A stretch of DNA of 34,226 nucleotides from Nanobdellota archaeon (lineage in GTDB: Archaea; Nanobdellota; Nanobdellia; SCGC-AAA011-G17; ARS1403): assembly GCA_002688395.1 (NCBI GenBank), contig NZCU01000014.1, positions 1-34,226 on the forward strand. The letters are read 5' to 3'. Numbering within the stretch: the stretch's first letter is position 1; each line of letters begins with the position of its first letter. The position numbers were made by a program, and so were the translations under genes. The notes under the pieces are model-generated. The model was not told where the DNA came from. It made no database searches and was given only the letters and a program-made list of their open reading frames with translations. Shown piece after piece: positions 33,013 to 34,226 of this stretch.

Positions 33013-33037
33013 ACACTTGACCAAAAACTATATAAAG
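33013..33037 (+). promoter_or_regulatory. Degenerate copy F of the conserved upstream cassette
   Basis: ACACTTGACCAAAAACTATATAAAG retains box1 (ACTTGACCA) and the TATA but lacks box2. It is flanked by ACTGTACA direct repeats at 33009-33016 and 33052-33059. Confidence 0.45.
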
Positions 33038-33060
33038 ATTAGGATTTTATTACTGTACAT

Positions 33061-33873
33061 ATGAACAGAAATAAATATCAGAGATTATATGAAGAGGAAA
33101 AGAATTTGATTAAGAATTTAACTTTGAAAGGAAATAGTTTGAGACAGATTTCTGAGATAACGGATCTTGGAATAACTACTATATACTATCAAGTGAGAAA
33201 ATTTAAACCCAAACAGAAAAAGGATTTTGTTTGTAATTTAAGTGATTTTCAAATAGGAGAATTAATTGGATCTTTTGCAGGGGATGGAAACTTTTACTAT
33301 TCCTCTCATGGTAGGAGTGGTCACTATAGGATTAGATACTATCTTTCGTATAAAGATGACATGGATTATTCTAAGTATTTATCCCATCTATTAGAAATGA
33401 TGAACTTACGCACCAATACTTTTTTTAAGAAGTATAAAGGAAAATTAAGTGTAATTGAATTGGTTGTTAGATCTAAAGATTTTTATAAATTTATAAGGAA
33501 GTATCTCATTTGGGAAGGCAAAAAAACTTATTCTGTAAGATTGAAATCTTACATTAATGGATATAGCGATGATTTCTTGAGAGGCTTTGTTAGAGGTCTT
33601 ATGGATACGGATGGATTTGTGGAAATATCTGGCGTTGCTTTTGGTGTTGTTTCTAGAGATCTTGTTTTAAATTTTGAGGCTATTCTAAGCAAGTTTAATA
33701 TTGGATCTAAATTATCAATCAAACCTGGGAAAGGAAATTGTAAGGACTGTTACCTATGTCGTATTCCTAGAAGATATTTGGAATTGTATAATGAAATTTT
33801 TGGATTTAGTAACTTAAGAAAAATTAACTCTTTAATGAAAATATTAAGTAAAACTGGGACTGCGCGGATTTGA
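33061..33873 (+). CDS. LAGLIDADG homing endonuclease with N-terminal HTH
   Basis: HTH is LRQISEITDLGITTIYYQVRK. LAGLIDADG-type motifs are IGELIGSFAGDGNF and FLRGFVRGLMDTDGFV. The last 19 nt lie inside tRNA-Pro. Confidence 0.8.
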   Translation: MNRNKYQRLYEEEKNLIKNLTLKGNSLRQISEITDLGITTIYYQVRKFKPKQKKDFVCNLSDFQIGELIGSFAGDGNFYYSSHGRSGHYRIRYYLSYKDDMDYSKYLSHLLEMMNLRTNTFFKKYKGKLSVIELVVRSKDFYKFIRKYLIWEGKKTYSVRLKSYINGYSDDFLRGFVRGLMDTDGFVEISGVAFGVVSRDLVLNFEAILSKFNIGSKLSIKPGKGNCKDCYLCRIPRRYLELYNEIFGFSNLRKINSLMKILSKTGTARI

Positions 33874-33928
33874 ACCGCGGTTAGGAAGTCCCAAACCTCC
33901 AGTGATAACCAAACTACACTACAGTCCC
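33855..33928 (-). tRNA. tRNA-Pro(UGG)
   Basis: Minus strand: acceptor GGGACTG/CAGTCCC, anticodon stem GGAGG/CTTCC, loop TTTGGGA, T-arm CGCGG-TTCAAAT-CCGCG, discriminator A. Confidence 0.9.
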
Positions 33929-34013
33929 AATAAGAAAGAATTAAGAATTTTCGTTTATAAATTTATTTAATTTTACTATAAGCTATAAAAATTGTGAAAT
34001 TTTACTAATTGTT

Positions 34014-34226
34014 ATGGTTAGGAAGAAATGGAAAAGAAAGAGTGGTTGGATATCTCCCACTTCAACTTTGAAGATTAGTAAAGATGAAATTATCAATGAA
34101 TCTTTAGAACCAAGACTTTTTTATGATGATTGGTGTAATTTTAGAGATGGACAGAGAATAAATAGAGATAGAACTAGACTTAGAGATCCTAATTGTTATA
34201 TGGCTAGATTTACTGATGTTGGAAAA
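34014..34226 (+). CDS. 5' part of an ORF running off the window end, unknown function
   Basis: ATG at 34014, with the frame open to the last base (MVRKKWKRKSGWISPTSTLKISKDEI...). An AT-rich promoter-like region lies upstream. Confidence 0.35.
   Translation, partial: MVRKKWKRKSGWISPTSTLKISKDEIINESLEPRLFYDDWCNFRDGQRINRDRTRLRDPNCYMARFTDVGK

Overview
This is a low-GC (~30%), gene-dense archaeal window. The information-processing genes are clearly archaeal: TFB, ribosomal proteins L37e, S8e, S17e and L37Ae, RpoP, Sm/LSm, Alba, prefoldin beta, the tRNA-splicing endonuclease EndA, RNase Z, an archaeal-type GlyRS, SepF and ZPR1. Short or overlapping gene junctions, Shine-Dalgarno-like sites and intron-bearing tRNAs fit a small-genome (DPANN-like) archaeon; that placement is inference, not demonstrated. 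Four blocks stand out. (1) 1-7111 is a surface/adhesion-type cluster: two proteins with class III (archaeal type IV pilin-like) signal peptides, a small RHH ORF, a 1204-aa Cys-rich secreted protein with calcium-binding-type Asp repeats, and a polytopic membrane protein. (2) Five free-standing LAGLIDADG homing-endonuclease-like genes (one frameshifted) and one frameshifted TnpB sit between housekeeping genes. Each is preceded by the same conserved promoter-like DNA cassette, which no other gene in the window has. (3) 20647-25508 is an extracytoplasmic thiol/metal cluster: a membrane-tethered wHTH, Cys-rich membrane proteins ending in MVGGC, two rhodaneses, a DUF411/CopG-like domain, DsbA-like, and a bacterial-type Lgt. 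(4) There are RNA-level oddities. A class II tRNA-Leu(UAG) resolves only with two introns. The Alba gene carries an in-frame TAG inside a hairpin-forming insertion. A tRNA-Ala sits between protein genes with 5-nt spacers. guaA, TnpB and one LAGLIDADG gene are each broken by a small indel. No rRNA genes or CRISPR arrays are visible.
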